DNA of 64,000 bases from assembly GCA_976226885.1 (NCBI GenBank), contig OZ320313.1, positions 157,604,001 to 157,668,000 of the forward strand. Reading direction: 5' to 3'. The notes below the pieces were generated by a model that was not told the origin of the DNA, ran no database searches, and worked only from the letters and a program-made list of their open reading frames with translations. Origin of the DNA: Iphione sp. A-MEVVRFRX5 (taxonomy: Eukaryota). This document shows, in pieces, positions 12,084 to 24,783 of this stretch. Position numbers and translations under genes: made by a program. Numbering within the stretch: position 1 is the first letter of the stretch; each line of letters begins with the position of its first letter.

Positions 12084-13319
12084 AGTGCAGCCAAAGGTAA
12101 GTGATCTTGGCAAAAATCACCCTTTGACCAAAGAAGTTGCATACCAGGACTAAAGTCAGCCAGAAGGGGGGCCTCATTCAATCCTTGTACACAAAGGTTG
12201 TGCCTTCCCCCTACAACACTTGCTGTAGGGTGAAAACACGGCTAGGTTACTGGAGCATGCGTACGGTATGTCCGCACACTCCAAGCAACAAGCACAGAAT
12301 GGCTAGATAGCGCACAGCTCATCCCTTGGATGACGTCACTGATCACGTGATTAAACATAGCCTAAGCAGACTTTACATAGGGGACCTGTCAAATTAGAGC
12401 TATATTCCACAGAAACTGTTATACCTTTTTGGCTCAGCTCTTTTTATCGACCTGGTGGGTTTAGTGTGTGTGTTATTGCCCAATTTTCCTGACCAGCTGA
12501 CTGGTAATGTGGACACCAAAATAAGAGCAACCGAACTAACGTAAACCTGTTCGGAGGTGCAAAAGCCTGTCTAAATGGGACACAGATGCCCGAAAATACA
12601 GGTGGTAGCAGTAGAGAAGCAAACGAATAGTAATTTGTCTCTGGAAAAGGGGCAAGAATTGCCGAATTTTCCATCAGCGGCAAAAATGTAAAATAAGTTG
12701 TACGAATGGCAACATCTTTTAAAATATCAAAGGAAACATCTGTTATTAGAACCCGTATGGTGTGTATGGATCTCAGATAAACATATGTAAGAGGGTATAA
12801 ATAAAATACTTTAAGAGAACAGAGTAGCATTTAACAAAAACCTTCGAGGCCCAAATGCATACAATAGCGGTAAGAAAAGTGACGAGCAGCATCGAACAAC
12901 AAGGAAAAATCACTCCACAGAAAAAGTGACAATCAAAAATGAACTATAAATTACAAGAGCTTGGTCAGATATTGACTGCCGAGATGAAGTGTGTATACCT
13001 GCCACCAGGGGAGCATTCGTCACTTAACGTGTGCTCGTGGTACTGGCTGCGACTCAGAAGACTGATTGCTCATTTGCTCTTCACTGAAAGACCCCCCAGG
13101 AGTTTTTCATAGCGCTGTTTACAGAGAGCTTGTGGTGTATTCGTAAACCTAACCACCCACTGCGGACCGGCAGGGTGTACACAAAAGCTGTTACAGTACC
13201 GTAGTCTGTTACAGTTTTCGTTCCAATCTCATCGAAACCCATCGTGCAACAACCTACACGCACAGCCATCTCTGATGTGTATTTTACATGTATAAACATT
13301 GTGTTATATAGATGTACAA

Positions 13320-13385
13320 ATATATACCTATCTACCTATATAATATACCTACCTACCTACATACCTACATACATACATACATACA
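13320..13385. repeat. Imperfect (TACC/TACA)n tetranucleotide microsatellite
   Basis: tacctacctacctacatacctacatacatacatac run. Confidence 0.85.
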
Positions 13386-14659
13386 CTGATATTATTTCGT
13401 TTCACACTAACCAATTCCCAAAGTTTGTTCCCAACTAGTCCCATTAACTTTAAATTCTTGTCCAACAGATAAAAAGATGGCATATGGAGTGCATTCCGTA
13501 ACTGACCTTTTGAATGAATTTTAGTCCTATTCCATACATTCCTGTCCATACGGACAGTTCTGATTTGATATTTGACCCTGCATTTACTTAAAGGTGTAAT
13601 TCTAAAGGTGGTTTTGAAGAAGACCAGCCAAAAAGACGTACATTGGAAACGTGCTGTGTTCCTCCCTGTGATGGCCCTCGGTCAGATGAGAGTCGGCCAT
13701 TTTGGGGGTCAGAGAAGGTGTCACTGGTTTTGGTGGTTAATTTTCTCCTGTCATCTGGATTCTTGGCCCTTTTGTTGGTTCAATCTACTGCTACCTTCGC
13801 GCAGTTGGTTGCTACAGGTAGCAAGGGAGACATCCTGTAGAAATCACTTGTAGCCATTACAAAAGATTCAAAGAATATCATATAACTGCAGTTATTTGGC
13901 TTCCCACAAAATCTTTTTATATAATTTTCGATGATTTTTCTAGGACAAAGACCGATTGTGCTTTCCCACAACAGTGCTTTCCTGGTTTTAGAAGCAAATG
14001 ATAAACTGTACATTATAATGACTGGCAACTGGTAAGGGAAGTTGCATTTGATAGATGAAACAAACATGAGCCAAATCTAGGAAGGTTTTTTCCAGGTCTT
14101 GAGTTGAGTCATGTTAATTCACCTTTCATTTTAAAAGTACAGTAACTAGTGCAGAGAAAAAGCAGTCAAGGGTAATACACACTAACTTGTACTACATGTA
14201 AATGTACATGCAATTATGACAATGAACGTACAGACGTCACCTAAATGAATATGTCAGCTCTATGCTGTCCTGGAAACAACTTAACGTTTTCTAGGAAACT
14301 ACCCTGCTCAGGATAGAATCTCATAACTTTTTTATATTTATTTTTCTCTACGTAACAGCTTTCCATGACTTTTGTTGGCAACAAGATTGCATGACTTTTC
14401 CGTGACGTTCCATGAGGGCTTTCAGGGTTTTTCAAGACCGTGGGAACCCTTGACAAGTTTTTGTCAGTCTTCATCATTTTACAGATGACTAATGATAAAG
14501 TGAATGGGGTAATCGTTTACTATGATGCAGTATGGTTGACTGCTTTTTTTTATAATCTAAAGAACATTGTAATACAAACACAAGTAATGGGGCATTTTTA
14601 TGCAGGTGTATAACTAAGGCCACTACATTTGTACTTACTTCCTGGACCCACCAGTTTTA

Positions 14660-15231
14660 GGCCCGGTTTCCTTACATGCAGCAATGTCCGTCATCATTTC
14701 TGTGCAATGAATTATGTCATTATTGGTTTTTAGGCTATCACTGAGACAGTTTCAATACCTGCAGTGATGTGTATGTGTGTTCCTGTGCGTTGACGTGCAT
14801 TGTCTGTTTTCAGACCAGCACCGTAAATTTGCTGCAAATGCACTGCAAGGCACACCAATGCACTCATACTTCTTCATTTTTACTCACTTTTACTCACTTT
14901 GTAACATGATTTATGGACATGTCTGTACATGTCAGTCCTTTACCACACTTTTTCCCATCATTTTTGTCATTTTTCACAGCTTTTAGCATCATTTCTGTCC
15001 TTTTTCTTAATTTTCCTATCATTTTTACCATTTTTCACAGCTTTTAGCATCATTTCTGTCATTTTTCATCATTTTTCCCATCATTCATGCACAACAATGC
15101 ACACACATTAATGGACACCCCTGTGCATCACTGTGCAGTAAAAGTACAACACATACAAATGCACTGGAAACGCACACGGACGTCTCCCGCACTTGAACAC
15201 CGCATTTTGCCGGAGGTGTGGAAACCGGGGC
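14660..15231. mobile_element. PIF/Harbinger-type MITE (family A, older copy, opposite orientation to the 41.1-kb copy)
   Basis: TIR ggcccggtttcc / ggaaaccggggc (11/12), TTA on both flanks (14657-59, 15232-34), internal gacacccctgtgcat segment matching the other copies in reverse. Confidence 0.65.
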
Positions 15232-18200
15232 TTATGGATGTGGGATGCAACCATGAACATAAAGGGACGAGAGACCAGTCATGTATACAAAACAAATGAA
15301 GTCTTTTAAAACAAGTACTTTATTGATTTTGCCCAAATTACAATATAGATGGGAATACATTTGAAAGACACGAAACGTGGAGCCACCTTGACGTTACAGC
15401 AGACGAAATTGAGGAGCTTACTGACCTGCTATGAGAAAGCCAAGACACAGCAACACCTCACATGATTACCACATCACTGGGAGAAGGCAAAGGATGACTT
15501 CTTGTCCAACAAGTCTCTGATTTGCACGAAAAGAATGTTAGTATTCTGACTGTAATCAAACCCCATCGTAGCCCTCATTGTTTGCTTTCAGACATTTTTT
15601 TCCTTTCGGTGTGTGGCGAGACTCTCAATGTCTATACAGAACCCACAGTACTGATGTGATCAATGTGCCGGACTTGTCAAAATATGGAAGCTTAGAGTAA
15701 GCGTGTTTCGCATAGTGCCTACATTGTATGTACGTGTGTGGTCGCGCAAGGCTGTGTGTGTGCGTGCATGTGTGCGTTTGTGTCTGTGTGTAGAAGGTGA
15801 GAACGGCAGACAGAACTGTCTGGCCTGGAGGATTCACATAGGGTATCATCGACACCCACGTGCCATCTACATGTTCTTGTGCTAAGAACAAGGTGGCGCA
15901 AAGATCACATGCTAACATAGACGGAACCATTCAAACCTCTGCCAACAGGGACAAAACACATAGAAGAGACAGTTCAAGGCGCTTAAACTACAAGTACAAG
16001 GCAAATACCTGTAGCAAAATAATGGTCACCTTTTGACACAGGGTTTCCTCCCCCCCCCAACGAATCAAACAGTAAGTACATCTGAAATCAAGCACTCTTA
16101 AGTAATGAGTTTTCGTCAGCTTGAAAGATGAGAACGGTGTTGTTTTTGTGTACTCTCTTTGTAACCATATGCTTTATAGTCATCCACATCAGCGAGGCTT
16201 TGTAAACCCACTGGGATTTGCCTGCGTCCGGCTGGTGCGTGGCCGGGGATTCTGTTGATGGTGCCCGTATCGCAGATCAATTTGTTCAAGGTCTGCTTGC
16301 GGAAACCGTAAACCTCACATCCTCGATGTTGGGACACTTTTCTCCAAACGTCAAAGCGAACTCCTCGAGTAGAAGCAAACAGACTCATGTGCCGAAGAAC
16401 TCAACTCTTGTTTTCCGCCATAGAAAGGCTCTAAAAAGTGATACATGTATTCAGAACAGACAACACACACTACGTACATCTTGTTCAAGGGGGGTTGTTG
16501 AAAAGCCTGAATCCAGACCATTTATGTAGACATGGGCAATCATGTCGGGACTACTTACCTTTCAAGCCAAACGAGAGGTTCTCTGATTTCCATTTAGATT
16601 ACACCCGACTGGTGAAGCAGATAGTTTTTTTTAGAAAAAGTGCATTTTAATTTTTATAGCCTAGGACACAACAGACAGGGTACACCGAAATGTCGTATCC
16701 TGTTTGAGTATTCCTAAGAAGGTGAGTATTTCCTTTCATGCTGCCTCCCTTCATTAGAGAAAGTCGACAGTCCAGAGTAGAAGACAAGTGGGCCAGTGTA
16801 CAGTCTATGACTGCTTTAATCACAACATATAAATAGTCTCTTTGCCTCAGTTTTCAATTGAAATCCGGGCTGACTTTATGTATCACATGACATACCTCTA
16901 ATGGAAAAACGTCCGAGCCGAAAAAAACTTTTTTTAACCTGCGCACTTTGCAAAGAGAAAAAAATGGCAGGCATCTTTTCATGATCTCTTGCGCATTTAA
17001 CATCAAATACCTTTTTGTTTCCCCCCTTTTTTCATTTCATTGCTTTTTAGAAACAGTTCCATAATAACGTTTCTGTCCCAATCTCGATATAAGCCCATCT
17101 AAATCTGATAAGTCAGAAAACATCAACACAAGTGACGCCAATGTCAGCAACACGGAGTTTATTTATTTTGAAAACACCATTATTCCTTGTAATTTTGCAC
17201 TTACAGTCCGTGCTGAAATATTCCAAGTGCATATGACTGAAAGGACTTATTCAGGAGAAAAATAACAAGTATCCCTGGGGAACAAAATTGACGAAAAAAT
17301 TGTTGTCAAAGCCACTTCTTCAAAATTGACCTCCCCACCAAATTTCACCGATACTTTTCAATCGTTTTCTTACAGGAGTTAATGTTCTTTCGCGGTATGG
17401 AGAAGCCCATATAACAGTGATGTGCCAGACAACGGTCACACCGAAGACGAAAAAAAAGGAAAAACATTGCCAATGGAAATAACTTGAGAAATACTGGAGA
17501 CACGCGGAAGGGCCGTTGAGAGCGGGCAATCGTGCTAGAAGAGCAGGGCCTTTGTGAACAGGAAACACTTAAAGTGTGATTCATCCGTGCCGTGAATGCA
17601 GAAAACAAACGTCATAATATTTCACGTTCACCAAATGGTCGACGAACGATGGGGGAAGCTGGGCCATCGGCGTCGCCTCCTCCATATGATATTTCATATC
17701 CCCCCTTTTCCCAGTTCCGATTCTCACGAAGGTCCGTCCCGTCACAGCGATCACATGACAAAACAAACACCCTGTGGGCTCTTCATCATTTCTATTATTT
17801 TTACGGCATATGCATGTAAAAAGAAACCATATAAGTAAGTAGATGTACATTATAGTGCCAGAGTGCTGACGCGACTTCGTTTTAATCGCCTTATTGTCGC
17901 CACACGCATGAAGACAGAATGTAACCGAATAGCATTTCGCTTCCAGTGAAATAATTATTCATCGTACCGGAAACTGATATAGAAGAGAAACTTCCTGGTC
18001 CCGTGAATATTAATTTTGCAATAAAGATGTGTATACTTGTGTTGACCTGAAGTGTACTCACTCTTGGCAGACTGACTTTGACTTTGAATGTTAATAAAAG
18101 GAAATAAATACGGAAAGCAATCATTTCCATCCCATGCTGACAATTTAAATAAGAAATAGGACTGAGGGGAATCCGCAATTCAGAGTCCACGCCATGGCTT

Positions 18201-18617
18201 TCCTTCGGGAGGTTATTTTGGAATGTTAATTCCAATTTTTCAACTGGAATGCACGCAGCGGTGGCTGACGTTAGCCTAGATACAACAGAATCGACCCCTA
18301 AAGTGCCCTACCACACTGTACCACGGCCAAGTACTTCCACAAGGGCCTGAGCTACTTAGGGCTATTTTATGTTACAACAGAACTATACATCACCATGTGT
18401 GACCTGCCCAAAAAAACAACATGCGTTAACAATAACCTCGACGAACCCCTAAAGTCCATAGCCTGTGTGGACCATCGGGGGCTACAGGGGTGTATGGGTT
18501 TGGTTGGGTGCCCTTTGGCGCTCCCTTGACTCGCCCTCTGACAAACTCCCTGGGTGCCAGGCGCGCTGAAGAGCACCGAACCAGCAGGTTATTAGGATAA
18601 TCCTAAGCTGTACTCAC

Positions 18618-18820
18618 CCTCCTGAGGGCCTCCCACTGCCTCTGGCGGCTCGGATCATACGGCTCCAGTTAGTGATGGTTCTCTTTGGGGATCGCGGGCC
18701 ACCTCAGGGGGCAGGCGAGCAACTGGCGAGCTGCTCCTTGTAGGAAACACTAAAAGACCACAGGGTGCCGCCGCCGCTTGGCGGCGCGCAAGTGTACGTA
18801 TGTGTGGGATATGGCGCCGG
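18618..18820 (-). other. Candidate alternative first exon (CpG-rich, TATA-preceded)
   Basis: Minus-strand TATATAA at 18849-18843, CpG-rich body, donor AGG|GTGAGT at 18617. Start coordinate estimated from TATA spacing. Confidence 0.45.
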
Positions 18821-18976
18821 AGGTGTGAACGAGCGGCGGCTGTTATATATGTACAGGAGGGGTTGTCCAGCTGAATGTGCCAATGAGTGTGTGCGTGCAC
18901 GTGCCCTCTCCAGCTCGGACGTGTGCCAAGACGTCGTGACGGCGGCGGCGTTCCGGCGGACGAGCGGGTGGGGATG

Positions 18977-18981
18977 GTGTG

Positions 18982-19022
<41 letters not shown>
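18977..19022. repeat. (TG)n microsatellite
   Basis: Directly visible. Confidence 0.95.
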
Positions 19023-19024
<2 letters not shown>

Positions 19025-21680
19025 GGGCGGCGGGGGATGTGTGTGGAGGCTGAGGGTGTTGTTATCGGGTTATCTGTCACCACCGCTAGCCGGTATCTCA
19101 CCGACCTTTACAGCCTGTTACAGCCAGTCACCAACTCACGATCCACGCATACGCCTGACATCCGCTCCGAGCAACAAGGGCAGCTACATGTTTCGTCAAA
19201 TTGAGCGGACAAGCTCAAAAGCACCCATGCCGCCGGAGGCAGAGCTTCTGCGGCATAATGAATCATTTTGCATGTTGTCGCCGCTACCTCGCTCCCGTGT
19301 TTCAAGTTGGGGGGAAGAAACGCTAATAGAAAACGTAGGCCACACATAAAGTTTTCATGCGGGTAGCCATGACAAGTTGAAGTATAAGGATCTATTGTTT
19401 CTCTGTGATAAAACTTTTTGACGAGATCTGCCTTTTCTTTCATACGCTGACATCTATCCTAACATCTGGTATTTATACGCGACACGGCAGTTCAGGACCA
19501 CGGCAGCGTACAGCAGACCGAAGTATTCTCAAAAGGGACCAACTTCGATTAGACTTCCCGTTAAGGATATAACTACCACATTCATAGAGGAACAGGTATT
19601 CAGTTATTTTCCCTTACTCCGTGTGTTATAGCGATTTCAATTGGTCCAATATGTTCTGCCCGATTAAAACACTGACGGTTTAGGGAAATGTTTTCATTCA
19701 TTTGGCAACAAAATACACCGACCAAAAAACTCATTCCAATCCAAAACACTGCCCAGTGGGTAGTTGACAGTTGGACGGCCTACCAAAATTGACCTACACT
19801 TGTGAGACGCCTCATAGGCAAACTAAACAAATAAGAAAGAGCAGCTGTTGGCCATTAGAGCCCATTACAAACGTCACAAGTCATCAGGCTCAGTACCTGG
19901 AATTAAAAACTGCAGGCTATCACAACTCCCAACGCGAGGTTAGTCTCCGGGTGGACCGGGCAAACGATCGCCACTCGTTGATGACTTTCTTCTACATCTC
20001 TGGATATAAGACACCAAATGGGTCAGCGGAATTCGAGCCGCGTGTTCTCCAGTATCGAAAGCCCACGCGTTTATACCCACAAAAGTCAGCATCACATGGT
20101 GCAGTGCGAGGGGGTTAGCGAGAGAGAATGCACTGGAGCCTCCGACGCCGTCACCCGAACGGAAAACACGTCCCTGGTCAATCCGATGAGCGGCCAGGCG
20201 GACGTTCGACATTTGGCGCACTCCTTGGGTTTCTTCCTCCACGTTCTTGGGTCGCACCTGATGATCGTTTCACACCAGCCACTAAGATTAGTGTACTGTC
20301 GGGTCCCTCGTGGTTTTTTTTCTGCTGGTCAATTGGGTCGGGTTTTAGCAGAATGGGTCACCACAAGTATCTAGTTCAACTACGACACAAGAATAACTGC
20401 CTTAGCACTGCATGTATTGAGAGCATTTAGTAATAATAGTATTACATTTATCTAAACCTACAGTAGAGAATGTGCCTAGCGTCTGTAGGATATGTCCTTA
20501 TACTGTGTGGTTGGGTTGTGGAAGACAAATGTCCGTTTAGAACATAGCTTGCACATAAAAACGACAACCACCGCCGGTATCTGCCTAAGAAAACATCAAC
20601 AAGTGATTTCGTCGAAGACACAGGCTTCCAGACTTCTCTTACACCAGACTAAAACACGCCACAAGCGTTTTTTTTCTTAAATGTCACAAAGGGATTTACT
20701 GCATGGCTACTTAAAAACAAAATTGTCCTTCGGAAAGATTTTAAAAAAGAGCAGAGAATCTTTATTATGAAAAACATGCATGTGAGGCAAAGCGTGTTAA
20801 ACACTTAAGTGACAGTTGATCATTTTTTGATAATTTTTTGGTGTTTCGAGAAAGGAAGACTTTATAAAGAGCATAAGGCGATTACATTTTTTGTTTACCT
20901 GTACATATTTAATCATTTTATACGCATACATATTCATATGAACAAATACCGCGAAAGCAGCCATTCATTTTTATTGAACAAACATTCACACGCTGTGAAA
21001 AGTTCTATCAGAACCTGTCTGCATATAACTTAACTCGCTAATAATCACAAAAAGTTGATAAAATGTTCTTAATTAGCCGGTTTTATGGTGAAGTAAAAGA
21101 AACGTCCCCTAGAATATGGAGCCACTTCAAATCGAAGAAAGATGATGTTCAAGTTTTATAGAACTTGAGACGCCTTCATGCAATGATCCAAATAATGACG
21201 GTATTTTGGGTATCTTTCTGAATAACGTCCATCACTCCGTGACATGTGAGATCTTTGCACTACCGACGGCAGTAAAAGTATAGTGGCGTTGCCTTGTATG
21301 TATGGAGATTCATACTGACAGAAACTTTAAAGTGTACTACAAATGACACAACATTAAGTGAATTCGTCGGCTTATTTTATTGCATTAGCGTCGGTGCGGT
21401 GGTATACCGCAAAACGTCCAAAGAAGCTGAATCACAATGTCTCAAACGTCCAAAGCATTTATACTTTCACTCAAACGGCTAAGCACGTTAACAGTAAGAC
21501 CCATTACAACGTCGCGGGCTAAATAGACATGCGCATCTGGCCACTGAGAGCTACACCATATTGAAGGTGACAGCGAGGTTCACCGATGATGTCACCTCTG
21601 ATTTACGATTCGCTGTTCAGGCTCATCCCGCAAGCGTCACTGATCTACATTCGCTCGCTGTCATTTCATTTCATTTCATT

Positions 21681-21705
21681 TCATAATGCTGAGTCAGCAT
21701 TATGA
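21681..21705. promoter_or_regulatory. Perfect T-MARE / ARE / AP-1 site (TGCTGAGTCAGCA) inside a 25-bp palindrome
   Basis: tcataatgctgagtcagcattatga is self-complementary about the central base. Its core 21687-21699 equals the Maf recognition element consensus, with AT-rich flanks. Confidence 0.55.
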
Positions 21706-24239
21706 CTGCAGCGAGGATACCAACGAGACCGAGAACAATGCTGCCGTGAAGATGATCGATACCAACTTACATTGATTTTTTTATGAACAGATATTCTTTA
21801 TGGCGAAATCAGAGGAAACGATTTTAAGACGTCACTGCTTCTATCTTTATTGCTGAAGCGCCAATGGCCGAGCGAAAAGTTCCCTACCAAGGAGACGAAG
21901 CTGAAATCGGAGAAAGTGTGGGCCGACTAATGCAGGCCTTTTACCGATGGCGAGGCATTATTTGCAGAGATGGTCAGTGATAAGTTTTCCCTCGGCGTCG
22001 CGATGCCATCTCGCGATAAGAACGCTGACTCCCAGTAAAGTGGGGTGAGGGTAACAACATGGCATTCGATGCATTTCTACCGACGCCGGTAACACGACCG
22101 GTTCCACGGATCCGTTCTCTTAAGTTCTCTTAAGTTCTCATGTACCTAGCAAATATGACACATCAGAGGAATACAACAACAACAACAAAGAGAAAGCGCC
22201 AATGCGACCAAGGCATAAATGTAATCGCCAAAAGATGTTAAACGTATTGTTGATTCCATGCAGTCGTGGGTCGAATAAAGTACAAGAACACGTATCTATC
22301 AACAGATCCAAGTGTAGTCCGACCTATTGGCCACAAAGTGCCTGTATATATTCATGGCCACATGACCAGTATGTGATTAAGCAATAATAACAGGGTATGG
22401 AATATAAATGATATTGTGCGACTGATTCAAGATATATACATGTAGACCGTTTAACTCGCCATCACAGTATACAGCTCATGACAAAATATAGCAAGTGTAT
22501 ATAACCAGTTGTAGTGTCATGACTGAACGCCACAAACTGGTAACAAGGAGTGCAAAAATATATATGTATTACCCGTTTTTTCCTTTGAATGGTCGTGTGG
22601 TGCCACAGCCAACCGATACCGGTCGGGGTGCCATGACCAGACCTACTTTAGCATCTTGAATCTTCATAATACGTTCACGACTTACCCAGCTATTAAGCCT
22701 TGTTCAAAAGTAAAATTCCTTTTCAAATACTTCTCAAGTTATGTTCCACTCTAACTTCTAAAACCACATCTGAGATATTTCCGAAATATCTGCCTAACGG
22801 CACTTTCATATATGTTTCTAGGCACACTGTAAATCTCTCCGCCTCCGGACGCAAGCGCTTAGTTCATTCGAAGACCCCTCGAAGCTGTTCTATTGCTAAA
22901 GTAGTAAGTTCTCCGACCAACTCCGAAAAAAACCCGAAAAGCTCGCAGATCAGCCACCGCGAACAGTGTCTTTTATCACAGCGATCTTGTAGCGGGCACC
23001 CGACGTAATTTAGGGCTCCTTCTGCTGACAAACGAGGCAACTTCGCAAAGCGAATTGACTCTGCGGCACCGATTCGTAAAGTCACCAAGTCTACATTTTA
23101 TGGTCTCTTCTGAAGTTCCTGGCGCTCACTTCAGCACAAATATCGAATTGTCACTTTTAAAGCGAGGCAGGGTCTGGATAAACGTTGAATATATTTTCGG
23201 GCAATTACTGATGACTTCATTACAGATTTACGTGGTCGGGAGAGTCATTTGGAGACAGAGGAGAAGCTTTTTAAAGAAATCTCTTTTCCAGAACGTAGTA
23301 GCAGCACTTCGGTATACGGTACAACCTTTACATTATATATGTGAACACTGAAAACTGACTGATTATACCTTGTTCTTTTGCTTTGATATTGGTATTTTCC
23401 ATGTTTGCGTTTTCACCACCATTATGTAATGTTCAAGTATAGACCTTTCCAGGGTAAAGATTACTAAATTACTCAAAGTTTTGTGGAAGAGACCTGAATT
23501 CTATGATGAAGATTGTTAATTTTCAGGTCCAAACACAAGACAGTGCCATTTTCATCAGATGCCTCTTTGATCGCATGACGACGGGATAGGAAAACCGGGA
23601 CAGACTGCTCTCCCTCGTTTAAGACACACACTTATTCTGAAAACTTCTTAAATCACGTGTTGTCTACACGGTGGACCAGTTGTCTAGCATTAAAAGCGTT
23701 TCTTTCTGGGTCATTAGAGAAATGCAGGATCCCATTTGTTTAGAATATGTGTAAGTGGGGCAGAAATGAGTATGGCTTATGGCGATGTTTCTTAACTACG
23801 TTGTACATACCAATAGGGATTGGAGGGCCGGACGAAACAGAAATTGTCTTTTTTCATTCTATCACAAATGTTCATAACAATATACATATCTGTTTGACCT
23901 CATGAGACCTATTCATTTCAAAACATTGATATGTTTCTCCAAAGTTAACTTGCATTAGACTACCCTGTACACACTTTAATATATAGATCCTTGTGAGTCC
24001 TTCTAATGCCCCTCGAATAGACCAGACATTATCCTCTATAGGACCATTGATTCAGCTGTATAATCAGTAATTCCTATGCTTGCTTACTACATCTAAATGT
24101 GGAGATTTCACTGTCAAGACAATATTCTATTGTAGCAGTAAGAATTACTAGAACTCAAAAATTCACAATTCATCTGTACGTCAAAACTAAAAGTTAAACC
24201 CTGAATTGTCACCGAAATGCTCTACCTGTTTACCAATAA

Positions 24240-24554
24240 GGCCTAAACAAAAAATACCTGTGTTTCTGGTAACCCGACCGACCCTATATTAGACTCTATT
24301 GTGCCTTTTTATTTTTTTCTTGTTTTTTGAATAACTTTGGCATGAATAATGATAGAGACATGTTCTACACACCAAATTGTTCCTTAGATTACCGGCTTTC
24401 ATTTGGCATAAGTATTAGTAACATAACCATACACATCTCTTGTTTCAGAATACTTTTAAATTGAAAAAAAAGAAAAATAAAAAAAATGTCACCTACCGAC
24501 CGACCCTGTATTTTTTCACCTTGTTACAGGAAACACAGAACTTTTTTTTAGGCC
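24240..24554. mobile_element. PIF/Harbinger-type MITE (family B, ~315 bp)
   Basis: Imperfect ~33-bp TIRs starting GGCCTAAA, TAA on both flanks (24237-39, 24555-57), internal direct repeat ccgaccgaccct at 24274 and 24496. Confidence 0.75.
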
Positions 24555-24783
24555 TAAGGATGACTAAGCTGACGTAATTTCTGACCGTCTGGGTTTATGC
24601 CCAAGTACCGTATATTATTATATGGTTATGCCAATTGTGGGGGGTTGTAGTGTATGAACATGATGGGTCCATACAGAGGTCTGTATGGACCCGTCACGGC
24701 TGTACGGACCCCAACGTTTGTGGTGCCCCCTAGCATATATTTGTGGAACTGCACAGTCGATCAGCTGGCTGCAGAGTAACACC

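Larger units (their letters stand above)
5891..12354 (-). mobile_element. Non-autonomous tyrosine-recombinase-type element with DIRS-like termini (ITRs + ICR), no recognisable coding capacity, carrying a satellite array
   Basis: ITR pair 5946-5989 / 12298-12340 (30 bp perfect plus a near-perfect TGACGTCA segment). Internal region 6090-6196 is the exact reverse complement of 5891-5964 (74/74) joined to the exact reverse complement of 12320-12354 (35/35), overlapping at a TT core (6162-6163). This matches the DIRS1 lITR-ICR-rITR-rE layout. No gag/RT/RNaseH/YR motifs seen inside. Confidence 0.8.

Noticed and set aside
24685-24783. Longer upstream start for the Crypton 1 ORF
   Set aside because: Overlaps the palindrome and has weak context; ACCATGG at 24784 is the better start.
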